From the NCBI RefSeq assembly GCF_009914755.1, contig NC_060930.1: a stretch of DNA of 64,000 bases; one strand, 5' to 3'. A model generated the notes under the pieces. That model made no database searches and was not told where the DNA came from. It saw nothing but the letters and a program-made list of their open reading frames with translations. Each line of letters begins with the position of its first letter. Within the stretch, counting starts at the first letter, position 1. The stretch is from the human T2T-CHM13v2.0 reference genome, Homo sapiens. This document shows, piece after piece, positions 15,906 to 30,780 of the stretch. A program made the position numbers and the translations under genes.

Positions 15906-16606
15906 AGTCATGCTCAAGCTTTGAAAAATGTCATTTACAAATTTTTTAATGTAGCTGTGCTGATGACATTCTTACATACTAGAGAGGGACTCCAGAGGGA
16001 GAGGCAGCTGGAGGGGTAATAGGATGGGGCAGACAGTTATAATCCTCCTGTGACTCCTCCAAGCACACAGGATAATCTGTCAGCCATTAGGAACCACAGT
16101 GTCAGGCCGTGGCTGCCCCAAGAGGAGGCTCAGAGACAGTTCACACTGCGGCAGCTGTAGCCCGCGGTTTGGAGATGTGTCTCAGCTAAACCAGCTGTCG
16201 GCGCCCAACTCAGAGCGTCAAACTACTTCGGAGGGTGGGACCAGGGCCTCTTGGGCTCCTCTTCTAGGGTTGCTGATTCTGACGCCATCTGTGGAAGTAA
16301 AGACAGGCATGGGCAGCAGGGACAGGGCCTGCCCCTTGGAGGTGGGAACAGCAGGGGCCTGAGTGTGATTCTCGCCTCGGGGGAGGGAAGGAGGTGTGGA
16401 CAGGACAGGCAGCTGCCTCCCCAAATGAGTAATGAGCATAAAAATGAGTGTGGTGCCTTGCTTGGTGGATGGAGAGGACAGGCCTGGAGCAGAGAAAAGC
16501 AAGCACCTTCCCCAGCAGCATCCTCCCTAGCTAGGAAGGCTGGTCTTCTCTGGGTAGCTGTGATAAATCACCAGCACATTCTTCCTGGGACCTCAGCATC
16601 TTTTTC

Positions 16607-16672
16607 TACAGTGTAAGCCACTATCTTAGTGATAGTGGCTTATCACTAAGATAGGGTGGCTTATCCACTGTA
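16607..16672. repeat. Nested imperfect palindrome, 66 bp
   Basis: ctatcttagtgata/tatcactaagatag form a perfect 14-bp inverted repeat; outer arms tacagtg-taagccac / gtggctta-tc-cactgta. Confidence 0.9.
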
Positions 16673-16720
16673 CCTCCAATTTATGGTTCTCTCCTCTGCC
16701 TGGTCAAACCTCACCCTGCC

Positions 16721-16965
16721 CATTCATTTACTCAACACATTTATTGAGCATCTACTATGTACCAGACCCAGTGCTGGAAAGGTCTCGAATTCAGACAGAC
16801 CTAGACTCGAATTCTAGTTTGGCCACTTAATAGTTTTATGACTTCAGGTGTTGTCTAATCTCCCTGAGCGTCAGATGTCTTAAAAGGGGGACAAAAATAC
16901 ATACCTTAGAATGCAGTTGTAACAGTTAAATGAGATAATACAAGGTGCTTAACATCATGGGCAAC
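16721..16965. mobile_element. L2 3' end (minus) plus adjacent MIR (plus)
   Basis: cattcatttactcaacacatttattgagcatctactatgt, then cagacagacctagactcgaattc...ttaaatgagataata. Confidence 0.75.
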
Positions 16966-18939
16966 AACTCTAACACCTCTTCCTCGGTTCTCTTTCCCTT
17001 CCTGTAGGATAGAGCCCTTGCCTTGTGCTTCCCCAAACACCCTGCAGCACCTAGCACACTGTGAGCACTCCACAAACGTTGGGTAAAGGACTCTAGATAT
17101 TTCCGGGTGAAGAGTTGGGACACAAGAATCACACGCCTTGTGCTGGGGGACTCTCACTGTGCCTCCAAGCCCTGGTTAGGAGATTTATGGCTGCTTTTGG
17201 AGACACTGTCACTCTTTCATTTTGTTTTTGTTTTTATCCTCTCTCCCTCTTGTTAGCAAAAGAGCAAATCAAGACCTGGGGGACAGAAACTTGCCAATAG
17301 GGAAGCTGAGCTGCAGAGTGGGGAGCATGCTGGGTGAGGCCAGGAGACCTGGTTCAAAGCATGGACATGCTATGAACAGCATGTGTGCTGGGGCTAAGGC
17401 TTTGACATTCTTGGCAGTCCACATCTGCCTCCTCTGAAGTGTGGCTCATCCCTGCTCCATCTACTATGTAAGGTTGTTAGCAAGAACTGGGCCACCATAT
17501 AGGTGCCATGAAAATGATTTGGAGAGTTCACAGTGCTTTGGCAACTGGGGCTGTCAACTGTTACTTTTGTTTCTCATTAAACCACGTGCACATTTGTGTT
17601 AAATGTTCTGTTGGAAAGAATAAGGAATGGGATGTTGGAATCTTAGGTTTAAATCTGGACACAGCTACTAACTTGTTGTGAGATCCTGAGCATCTCCTTG
17701 TCCATTCTGTAAACCCAGAGGTTGTGCGAGGTAATATATCACTGCCCTCCAGGATTTAAAGGCTGATGACTCTGAACAGACTCTAGTGCCTGTGAGCAGA
17801 CATTCATGGCATTGAAACTCAGCAAATTCGCTCCAGCTCTAGATGCTTTGGAGAGTGACAATCTGTTGACAATGAAGTAGCTGGCTTCTTTAGGCCAGAC
17901 TTTTGGCAGTTTACCCAGAGGGTGCTCAGGCAGGTGGGGGTTGAGCCAGAGGCTGCTTGGGCCATTGCTACAGCCCATGTGCAAGGCAGCTTGTGGGATT
18001 GTAAGCACATATTTGAGAGGAAAATAATTTTCCTTGAACAAAAGTCTGGCAGCTGCAGGAGATGTGGAACCCTGGTTCTGAGGTTTTCCAAGCCCTGTCA
18101 GATTTTTGACTCTTACCCAATGTGCTTCTGCACCAAAGTTGCAGTGGGGGAAACTTCTGATTCCCCCTTCAACCTCTTCCCCTGTTTAGTGCTGTTTGGC
18201 TCCTCAGTGGTCCCACATCACACTCCAGCCTCACAAGGCATCATGGAGAATCAGGGAGCCACAGAGCTTCTGTATTGGAATAATTGAGAGAAGCTTGATT
18301 CTACTGTCTTCACATCTTTCCAGTAGTTTTGCTGAAGAATAGGAAACCAACAAAAGTGGCATTTTGTATAAAGGCTTACTATAAAGTCAACATATGAGCA
18401 TAGTAATGCTGTTTTGATGGTCCCCAAATGGAAAATTCAGAATTAGGTGTTACAGTTATAATCATATCAATATAAGCTTTCAATTTATGTTTGCATTTGT
18501 TGTTGTTGTGCAGATCATTAAGAAGATAAGGAGCTCCAATGGCAAATTTTTAGTTGGCTTGGAATCTGAGGATACCTTTCAATTACACAGAGGTGGCTAA
18601 GAAGCATCCTTTGTGATCTGCTTAAAAACAAGTTCACCTTCTCCCTCTCTTTCTCTCTCTCTCTCTCTTTCCGGGAGTAAAGGTGGATTGGCAAATTTAT
18701 AAACCACAGACTAGATTACTCAGTCATGGGGCATGCATTCCCCCATCTGCGTCTGTCTGGTGCCTAGCATAGCACCTAGATAATGTTAAGAACTTGATAA
18801 ATGTTTGTTGACTGAATAAAAAAAATGGCCAGTTTACTTGATATTTTAATCTTGAAGATATCTTCCTGACAAACTTTCCACCATATTCTCAGTGAAAATA
18901 GAGAGATAGATTATAGGTAGGTAGGTATAGAGATAGATA

Positions 18940-19340
18940 GAGCTAGCCTCTCTTGCAGCTGGGTTGGTAGTCATGTGACTCAGTTCTCACTGACGGAATA
19001 TGAGCAGAACCGAGATATGTAGCTTCTGCATCGCTTGCTTAAATGCAAGTAGATTGCCCTTCATTTCTGCTCCACCTTGCTCCCTATGAACAGAGATGCT
19101 GACAAGGTGGTGACCCAGCTTTGATCCTGCAGATGAGGACAACTCTCAAGAGGATGGCAGAGTAACAGGGTGGAAGAGGCCTGGGTGCCGAGCGACTATG
19201 TGGAGCAGAGCTTCCCTCCTGGCCTGAACCACTCATTTCCAGACTGCCACGGGGAAGAGAACCATGCTTCAGTGTGACTGCGGTCTCTGTTAAAGCAGCG
19301 TGTCCAGCCTTACATAAAGCCCTACATCCTAAATACTAAA
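18940..19340 (+). mobile_element. Old MLT1 LTR
   Basis: agcctctcttgcagctggg...catgtgactcagttct...gatggcagagtaaca...tggagcagag. Confidence 0.65.
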
Positions 19341-19745
19341 CCTGTCTGGGGCTTACTCCTCAGTCACAGTCACCTTTGCAGAGGGTAAAATACACACCTT
19401 GCTGAAATTACAAAAGGTCAAGGTCAGAGTATGGTATGTGGAACCCAAGAGGGAAAATTAGAGCCCTCTTGCCTAGGAGCCAACCTTTCAGGAGTCTAGG
19501 GTCAGGTATAGAAGGGACCGATATGGAAAGACACCAGCAGAAGGAGTGGTTCTCAGGGATGCTGAGGAAAGACATCCAGCGGGGCTCACTGGCCTTTTGT
19601 AACCCATAGCTCTGATCATCCTTGGCCCAACCAAGTTCTGAACTCACAACGGTAGGAGCCATGTTTCAAAGAAGCAGCATCCTTAGTTCTCATGTCCAAG
19701 GATTCCTTTCGCACCAAGAACTTCCAAGTCTTCCCTCTTCATCCA

Positions 19746-19746
19746 G

Positions 19747-19778
<32 letters not shown>

Positions 19779-19790
19779 CACGTGTGTGCA
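19746..19790. repeat. Imperfect (TG)n
   Basis: TG run with interruptions. Confidence 0.9.
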
Positions 19791-20879
19791 CTGTGGGGGC
19801 TGGATGGAGAGGGCTGAGGTTGAGGGTTCAAACGGGGCTCCCATCTGGATGGCAGGCTCTACTTTTCATTCTAGGTGCTGTGACGGTCATCTGGTTATGA
19901 TGGACTCTGACACTCACACCAGACCTGGCTTTCCCGGGGCCTCAGGGTGCACCCATCACTGGGTTATACCCCCTGGGATGTGGAACCCTCTGCTCAGGCA
20001 AGCAGCCCCTTCTCGGACTAGGTCTTCCGTCTATGCCTCCAACATGCAAATATCATGGAGCCAGTCATCCTCCCACTTCTAAGGGCCTTGTCTTTCTTCT
20101 GTTTGATCTTGCTGACGCTGACAGGAAGTCCCAGGACTCTGCTAGGGGACTTTGATCCGCGTAATAGAATCAGGCAGAGGGAGTCACTAACATATGCTGA
20201 AAGGCTTTTTGGCTGGCTTGGGCTCAGGGCTAAGTGAAGCATGGGCTGGGATGCTTAATGAGGGCAAATTCAGGAAAACCCGGGAAATAAAAAGTGAAAG
20301 ATGTAAAATAGGGAGAGATTATCGCTGAATTCTTGTAATTGTCTGACAAGCCCCTCTGGAGGGGCAGACAGTGACTAAGAAGGGACTCTGCCATGGGATG
20401 ATGATTAGGGCTTGGCAGGCAGAGGTGCGGTTTATACTTGGTCTTGAAGGAAGCTAAATGTTCCAATCCAGGTTTTTTCGATCACTGGTTTTGTCAGTTT
20501 TCTTCCTCCCGCCCCTGCCCCAAAGCTCGTTAGCATGAGTCAGGCGAAGGATGCTGAGGACTTAGGGAAGTAGGCGGCTGCCTCCCTTTTGTTTGGGAGG
20601 GCTGGGCTGGTCCCAGCTCTGCCCTAAGCAGTCACATGAAGCGACAAAGCTTTCCTTTCGCCTCCGCAGGCCTCGGTCTTATTAGTAGCGTGGACCCAGT
20701 CACTTCTCACCATCTCTGCTGTGTGGCACATGCAAAGTTGGCTTGTGTGTCTGCCCCTCTATGCTGGACTCCAGCTGTGGGTCCCGGGGAGGGGCAACTT
20801 CAGGAGGCAAGAGGGTCCCACTGAGGCAGTGAGGCTGCATGTTGCAGGAACCTGAACTTGGTGTGATGCTCGGTTCTTT

Positions 20880-21050
20880 CCTGGAACTGACCTGACTTCA
20901 GCTAGCTGCATGAACTTGGACGTGGACTTAGCTTCTCTGAGCCTTACTTTTTTCATCTATAACATGGAAGTTGTGAAGAGGAAATAAAATGTTCCATATA
21001 AAGTGCTGAGCACAGTGCTTGTCCTTAGGGAGTGCTCAATTCATATTTAC
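20880..21050 (+). mobile_element. MIR fragment
   Basis: cttctctgagccttacttttttcatctataacatgg...aagtgctgagcacagtgc. Confidence 0.7.
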
Positions 21051-21208
21051 CATTACTACCATTCTTCTCCCACTTCTCAGGCTACTCCCTGTGGCACACT
21101 AGACCTGGCCTCTGATTCTTCAGCTTCCCCTTGGCCTAGGACTCTGAAACAAAGTTTCATCTTTTGTTAAGATGATGTGACTCATTCATGGTGAGAAAAG
21201 CTTTTCAT

Positions 21209-21933
21209 CCAGCTGCTGGCTGGGGTCCTCCTTAGGACACTGTGGGAAGAAATAAGGACCTAGTTGGAGAATAAAGACACACAGGCTTACAGAGAGATGA
21301 CAGAAACTTAGTAAGGTGGAATTTTAAATTTGGACAAGAGCTGGAAATAAAGTGTGCTTTATTGCTATCTAGAAAGAAATAAACAGCTACCAGGCACTAT
21401 GGTAGCCATTTTGCATACTGTATTTCCACTTTTTTCAGCACTCTCACAGGTAAAGTATTATTTTCTTCATTTTACAGGAAAGGAGATGGTATCAGAGACT
21501 AACGGAATTGACCAAGGCCACACACTTAGAAAGGGCTAGAGCCAGGATTTGAATCAGGTGAAGTGTGGTGCCAAAGCCCACGATGTAGAAACACTGCCTC
21601 TGCAGTGAGCCTTTCTAACTTCGCCCCACCTTCTGAGACCAAGTGCACCATAGTGCCTGCCTTGGGCCAGGTACACAGGATGGGGCCTGTGGGCTTTGGT
21701 GGACCACAGCAGGCCAAATGCATGATTCTGGCCACATTGGCAGCAAACTCCAGGCAATGGAGCCAGCTGCTGGCTGGGGTCCTCCTTGGGACACTGTGGG
21801 AAGAAGTAAAGACCTGGTTGGAGAATAAAGACCCACAGGCTTACTGAGAGATGACAGAACTTCACTAAGGTGGAATTTTAAATTTGGACAAGAGCTGGAA
21901 ATAAAGTGTGCCTTATTGCTATCTAGAAAGAAA
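21209..21933. repeat. Spaced direct duplication: 171-bp copies at 21209-21379 and 21763-21933
   Basis: About 10 differences by eye (~94% identity), offset 554 bp, with a minus-strand MIR (~21385-21560) in between. Confidence 0.93.
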
Positions 21934-22116
21934 GAACATGCCAAGCAAATTAATAATGTAAACAAGATTTCCCACAAGAATCTTTAATCCATATAATCCT
22001 GTCCAATTCAATAAACAGTTTGTAAGCACTTACTGGGTGCTGAATTGAAGAACCGAGTGAATTTGTCCCTTTCAAAGGGAGTTCACAGCCCAGCCTAGAA
22101 GTAAGCAATCTAAGTG

Positions 22117-22211
22117 CACACACACGTGTACACACACACACGCACAAACACACACGCACACACACACAAACACACACACACACACATATACAAACACAAA
22201 CACACACATGC
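22117..22211. repeat. Degenerate (CA)n tract
   Basis: ~95 bp CA-rich tract. Confidence 0.9.
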
Positions 22212-24210
22212 AAAGTATTTTAAAAAGTAAGTTCTGCGTGAATAAAATGAAAAGAGGGATAAATTAGGTTTGGCAAGATCCAAGAAAACTTTTAAGACTC
22301 AACTGACAATTTTCATAAATGCTTTCCTTCCAGAGGTCCCTTTTATTTGAAAGATTAACCTAGTGATGAAAATTATCCCTATCAAATTATTAAAGCAGGG
22401 TATCAAAGGGCTGATATCAACTCAACTTTTGTCAGCCTAGTTTAAACTATCATGTGAACATTAAAATAATAAGACTTTTCCCCTTCTAGAGACATTCTAG
22501 AATTTAGGTGTGCATTTGGTTCAAGTGCATCTCTCTCTCAGTCCAAGCTAATGCAGCTTCTCTGTAGGTCATGTGTAGAAAACTTATGTTTTCCATTTCT
22601 CAGGGGGTCCTGAAGCATTTTGCAATGAATGAACATTTACTAGAAAAAGGTGAAAATATGGTACAGAGGAATTCAGAGTTAAGATCAAACAGAGAGTACA
22701 TGGGATGGTACCCTAGGGAGGGGAACTGGGCTATGGGCTTGGCATTTAACCAGTTCTCCTACAGAGACAGGAGAAGCAGTTGTGGGGTGAAGATGGTAGT
22801 CAGGAAATGGCAAAATTCAGACACAGAATTGGCAAGAAGCAAGAAAGATGGAGTAGGGTAGAGGCCTTGGCTCTGATGGGTCTATTTTGGAGGGTGGTTG
22901 GGAGGCTGTAAACCCTTGGTGACAGGATGTTGGGGCCATAGGAGGCTGGGAACCAGTGGGTGCTCTCTGTGGTTACCTCCCCTGGCTGTTGAGCCTGAGT
23001 CGGCTCATGCTCCAAGCCCCCTCTCTCAAAAACCAACATCCCTTCTTGAGTGCTCACTCAAACCCAACTACACTGACTCAGCAGGCCCGGGAAGCACCGA
23101 GAAACCTTTGGGGGAAATCCAAAGCCCAGACCTTCTTATTCTGAGAACCTCCCACCACCGGAAGGAAGAAAAGATCACGAAACTCAGCACTTTCCAGCCC
23201 ACCATTCCTGTCCACCGTGGTGGCACTGGCCAAGGGTTGGCGGGTCTGCAGCTATTTTTACCCTCAGATTTCCGGAATTGCCAACCAATCCTGGTTACAT
23301 GACACCACAGTCAACTCAACTACATCCGTAGTAATCACAAGAAACCTAAGCCACAATGTGCATCTGTACAAGGCCACACTCACCCTTATCCTGGACACCC
23401 GGGACCCTGACTACAGAGTCGAGTGCCAAGGCCCAAGCTGGAGAGCAAGGAGGCACCTCCTTCAGGCTTTCCAAGGGTCAGACGGATGTTCCTAGTAGCC
23501 CACAGCCACTGCCTGTTGGAGGACACCAAAGTTCAGGGTTTGTGTTTCAATCCTTCCAAGGGCCTCTAAGTTAGATGTTCCTGTGGTTTGTGGTGGACTT
23601 GGTCCATAATAGTATTTTACAGCCACAAAGAGCTACTTTGTTGAAGCCTGTCTCGCCCGACCCTGTGTTAATGGTTACCAACTTGACAATGGTTTCTTTC
23701 CTTTTTTAATTCTCTCACCTGTGAACCTCCAGCTGACTTACCTTTCGTTTTCCACCTTCCATCTGCCTCTCAGTCAACAGACTTCTTTCAGAGATTCTAC
23801 AGGCTGGTATATTTTGAAAAGGAAATATTCCCTCATAGTGTGGATAGATAAATAATGTCAATGTCAAGAAAATTTTAATCCTAAATAGATTTTTTTTTTC
23901 TACCTGGAATATATGAGAAGAATCCTGTGACCTGTAAAGTCCCACTCAAGGCTTTTCCAGGCTGCTGGAAGGAGGGTGTTTGGGAAGAATGAAAATGATC
24001 ACAGTATTCTTTTCTCCAGTGGCATCCAATGGCTTTGGTTTTCTTTGAAGTGAGAGCTAGAAGAGTCAAAGAATACTTGTTTATAATTGTTGTTTAAATA
24101 GCATTTATTGCTGTGTTATATAAAGATAGTCCCGGCTGCAGGCCAAAGGCTGGCCCAGTTGCTCTGCCACCATCTTCCTGGAAAGGAGACCCTCGCTCAC
24201 AGTGGATGTT

Positions 24211-24229
24211 TCTGCCTCCTAGTGACCAA
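24211..24229 (-). promoter_or_regulatory. Possible CTCF site
   Basis: Reverse complement tggtcactaggaggcaga versus core CCACYAGRKGGCR, two deviations. Motif only. Confidence 0.3.
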
Positions 24230-26704
24230 AACGTTGTCCACTGAAAGCAACTGAATATTCAAGCCACCATTTTCTTTTTCTTTTATTGACAAATGTTTTT
24301 TGAGCCTCAAAACACTACTAAATCATAAGACCATTCCCCCTTGGATTTCCCTCAGAAAATTAACTTGGATCAAGAAGGATTCAGTGTGAGTCGGTCTCTA
24401 AATCTGCCCAGCTCAGGGAGCTCAAATGTTGGCCTACAGCCCCTCTTTTGCAGGCCCAGCTTCCGGTGACCATTCATCAGGGGATTTGCAACAGCAAGTA
24501 TTTTCTGTCTCAGTTACTGATCTGTGATTCACCAACTGCAGAATTACCTAGCTGGCCCATCAGCAAGGGCGCCTCAGGGCTCAGAAGGCCAGGGTGGGGT
24601 GGCATGGGGTGAGTTGAGGTGGGAGGAAGACGCAGAGAAAAGCTACAAAAACAACAGACTTGATAGGTGCACTATTTCATCATGTAATATTCAAATATAA
24701 GACCCTGGCCCAAAATAGCTGCTCACTTGCTGCCTTTTCTCTCTGTGCTAGCTCCAAGAAACACGAAGTGAGAAGGAGCTGAACAAAATGCCTCATTCAT
24801 GAGAGCCTGGCGGATGCAAAAGAGTTCACAACTCGATAATCCCTGACAGCCCTCATTAAATCATGGCACTGCAGGTGCGAAGGCTGCTGGGAGTGGGGCT
24901 GTAACCCGGGTGGGCAGTGTCAGTCCCAAGCCAGAGGACTGGAACTCTGTCCCTTGATTCTCTGTAAGGCAGGAGAGGTCAGCTTCCAAGTTGACAAGGG
25001 GACAGCCTGGCCAGGGAACAGTCCCAATTCAGAATGAATACTTAAGGCAGAAGTCTTTCTGCAGCAAAAAGTCAGAGGCTTTCCTGTTAATTTGATGTAT
25101 GTTCGTATAAAGGCTTGGTTTCTTCAATAAAATCGAGCCCCAGATACTCCAAAACCAGTAAGGGGGGAAGAATCTTTTGGTTCTTGATTCTCATCTCTCA
25201 AGAGTCACCCTCCTCTTAGAGGTCAATCCTAACTGCTGTTTTCTGCACATCAACTGCAGGAAAGAGCCTTCCTTGGCAGCTGGAGCACAACATGTGATCC
25301 TACCAGTACCAGCACACAAGAGGTCCCTGGTTTCGCCATAGGGGAGCATCTCCAGCAGGCACAGGAGGGCATCTTGTTAAATTGCAAATATCATTGAGAA
25401 TCATAGCCCATGATGCTGTTCCTAATATTACAAGGTGCCAAGAGGGGATATAAAGGAGTGAAAGAACCCAGCTCCTGCCCACCAGTGACCCCACCAGCAA
25501 ACTGTTGGTTGGCAAGCAACAGTCACAAAGGAAAACTGACATAGAAGGCAGCTTTAGACAACCTCTCTTGTCCTGTTTCTTTTCACGTACAATGGGGATG
25601 ATGATAATAAAAACAGCACCTGGCTCTATCAGATGGTTAGGAAAATATAATGAGTCTGGAAATCTAGTATGAGCCTCTCAAAATTATATTAGTCAAGTGA
25701 AAACTTCCTATGGCATCGTTTGCCACAAGACAGGCTCCAGGGTAGTGCAACTCTGCTAGACCCTTCCTGGTGGTTTTATTTCCTGGCCCAATAGAGGCTG
25801 TGCTCCCCAGGGCCATGGCATGTGTCCCAGGGACTTCACTTTGTGAGGTCTTAAGTCACTTTCTGCAAAGAGAAAAATCTGGCTGCTGGGTCTCTTGGTA
25901 TACAAGTTGAACTTGTAGCTACGGGGACATCAGGTTTTCAACTTTGATATGCACATTTAAGCCTTTACTTAGTGAAAATACTTTCTTAATAATTAAGATT
26001 TTTATTTGATTATTTGAGGGTATCAAATTGTCACATGCATCCCAAAAATATGTACATCTATTACACATCAATAAAAAAAAATTAACTCTTTCATCTGGTC
26101 ACCTAGATAGCAACCAATATGTGAGGAATTGGGAATGAAAACACAGAAGTCATTCAAAGCAATCCAAACCATTGAAATTCAACCACCGTGTTAACACACT
26201 TTGCAAGCAGACTGAAGAAAAATGTAAAACTGAAGCTATTTCTAATGGCTTTAGTTAAACAAAATAAACCTGGAAGCGAAAGTAAAATTATTTCTCCCAA
26301 CTGCAGTTTTTACAAGGGTAGAAAAATCAAATGCTTTCCTTAAACTACAAAGCAGACAGAACCCTTCAAAAGTACATGAGAAATGGCAGGTATTTAGGTG
26401 ATTAAGTTTGAGTGGACATGTAAGAAATGTTTCTGGAACACTGTGGAGCAACTGGACAGGATGGCACTCAGCAGAATCATCAGGACTGGATGGTGTTAGA
26501 AATGCAAGCCTGCAGCTACACACTTGTATCCCAGGACTTGGAAACTGAATCCATCCTTAACTCCCCGCTACCTTCATCTCCCAAGAGACTAAGACTTGAA
26601 GGTCTTCAGAAAGCTAGAATGTTTGAGAAATCACAGGCAAAGTATTTGAAATCATGAGCATTTTCTGGGGCCTTCCTTCTGTTTTTCTAATTGGCCTTCC
26701 CCCG

Positions 26705-27117
26705 TGTGTTAGCCAGCTCAGGCTGCCATAACAAAATGCCACACACTGGGTGGCTTAAACAGAAATTTATTTTCTCACAGTTCTGGAGGCTAGAAGTTCA
26801 AAATCAAGGTGTCAGCAGGTCTGGTTTCTCCTGAGGCCTCTCTCTTTGGCTTGCAGATGGCCACCCTCATGCTGTGTCTGTACATGGTTATCTCTGTGTT
26901 CACACACATCCCTGTGTCTGTCTGTGTATCCAAATTTCCTCTTCTTGTAAGGACACCAGTCAGATCGGATTAAAGCCCGCCCTAATAGTCTCATTTTAAC
27001 TTAATCACCTATTTTAAGATCCTATCTGCAAATACAGTCCCATTCTGAGGTACTGGGAGTTAGGATCTCAACACAGAAATTGGTGGTGGGGAGGAGGGGG
27101 CACAATTAGCCCATAAT
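26705..27117 (-). mobile_element. MLT1B-like solo LTR
   Basis: ggctgccataacaaaatgccac...ctcacagttctggaggctagaag...aggacaccagtcagatcggatt...ctgaggtactggg. Confidence 0.88.
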
Positions 27118-27343
27118 GCTCTGTTCTTAATCTCCCTACATCTCTGCACTGGGGATATTCTGCTGGGGGCTCTCTTGCCTGCTTTCTCTTCCATCTCTGA
27201 ACCTCTTCATCTTTCTGACTCGGCGTCCTCAGTTCCTCTGTGCGTGTCTCTTCCACCCACACCCTCCGCCCTCTTACCTACCTCATTCTTCCTGTCTTTC
27301 TTCAGATATCTGTTCATTTCTATGTGCCTGTTGTAAGTAATAG

Positions 27344-27699
27344 TGTATTAGTCTGTTCTCACACTGCTAATAAAGAGATGCCCAAGACTGGGTAATTCAT
27401 AAAGGAAAGAGATTTAATGGAGTCACAGTTCCACATGGCTGGGGAGGCTTTACAATCATGGCAGAAGGCAAAGGAGGAGCAAAATGACATCTTACATGGT
27501 GGCAGGCAAGAGAACTTGTGCAGGGGAACTCCCACTTCTAAAACCATCAGACTTCGTGAGACTTATTTACTATCACGAGAACAGTATGGGGGAAACCACC
27601 CCCATGATTCAACTATCTCCACCTGGCCCTGCCCTTGACACGTGGGCATTATTACAATTCAAAGTGAGATTTGGGTGGGGACACAGCCAAACCATGTCA
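27344..27699 (-). mobile_element. THE1 (THE1B-like) solo LTR
   Basis: tgtattagtctgttctcacactgctaataaag...gggtggggacacagccaaaccatgtca, 356 bp with TG...CA ends. Confidence 0.93.
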
Positions 27700-27831
27700 G
27701 ATGGCAACAGAAAAATGTTGTCCCTGCCCCCTAGAAACTTTTATTCTGAAGTGGAGAGGAGACTTGACCTCAGATAACCATAATACAAAGGCAGCTTGTG
27801 ATTAGCACCGTAAGAGACTAGAGCGGAGGTT

Positions 27832-28131
<300 letters not shown>

Positions 28132-28142
28132 CTAGAGACTAG

Positions 28143-28353
28143 TAGAGGCTGGCAAACTACAGGCCATAGGCCAAATCCAGCCCACCTGTTTTTATAAATA
28201 AAGTTTTATTGAAACACAGCCATGCCCATTTTTGTGTGCATTATTTATGGCTGCTTTTGCGGAGTTGTGTAATTGTGACAAAGACTATATGGCCTGCAAA
28301 GCCAAAGATATTTACTTTCTGGTTCTTTACAGAAAAAAGTTTGCTGACTCTTG
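28143..28353 (+). mobile_element. MER58A (hAT-Charlie MITE)
   Basis: ggcaaactac...ggccaaatccagccc...aataaagttttatt...aaagtttgctgactcttg with inverted termini. Confidence 0.88.
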
Positions 28354-28883
28354 CACTAAAGTCAGATTTTACAGATGCGAGGTAGGATGAATCCCATTTG
28401 ACTACTGCACTGGGAATATGTCCCTGAGGAAGTATAGTTTCAGCTAGGCTTTGAAGGATTCATAAAAGTTCAAGAAGTGAAGGTGGGAACAGGGTTCTAA
28501 CAACATGAACAGCACGGACCAATGTGTGAGGCCACAGAAATCTGATGCATATTTGGGGCCAAAGTGAAGATAGGAGCCTGGATCTCAATCAGTGGGCTGT
28601 GGAGTATCTTGGAGACTTTTGTAGCAGGGGTTGACCTATAATTAGCACAGATGAGGCACTGCATGAAATACACAGATGAATTAGACCTGATTCCTGCTAT
28701 CAAGGAGCTTATAACTCTAATAATGGTAATATGACAAGTGCCCAAACAATTATATTACAGGGCAGAACAATGCCTCTATAGGGAAACCTAAACCTGGAAA
28801 GTGATCAAAGAGGGGTTCAAGCACAGTAAAAACTGATAATCAGGTAGAGGATGGATTATTAATGACAATAATAATGATAATTA

Positions 28884-30780
<1,897 letters not shown>

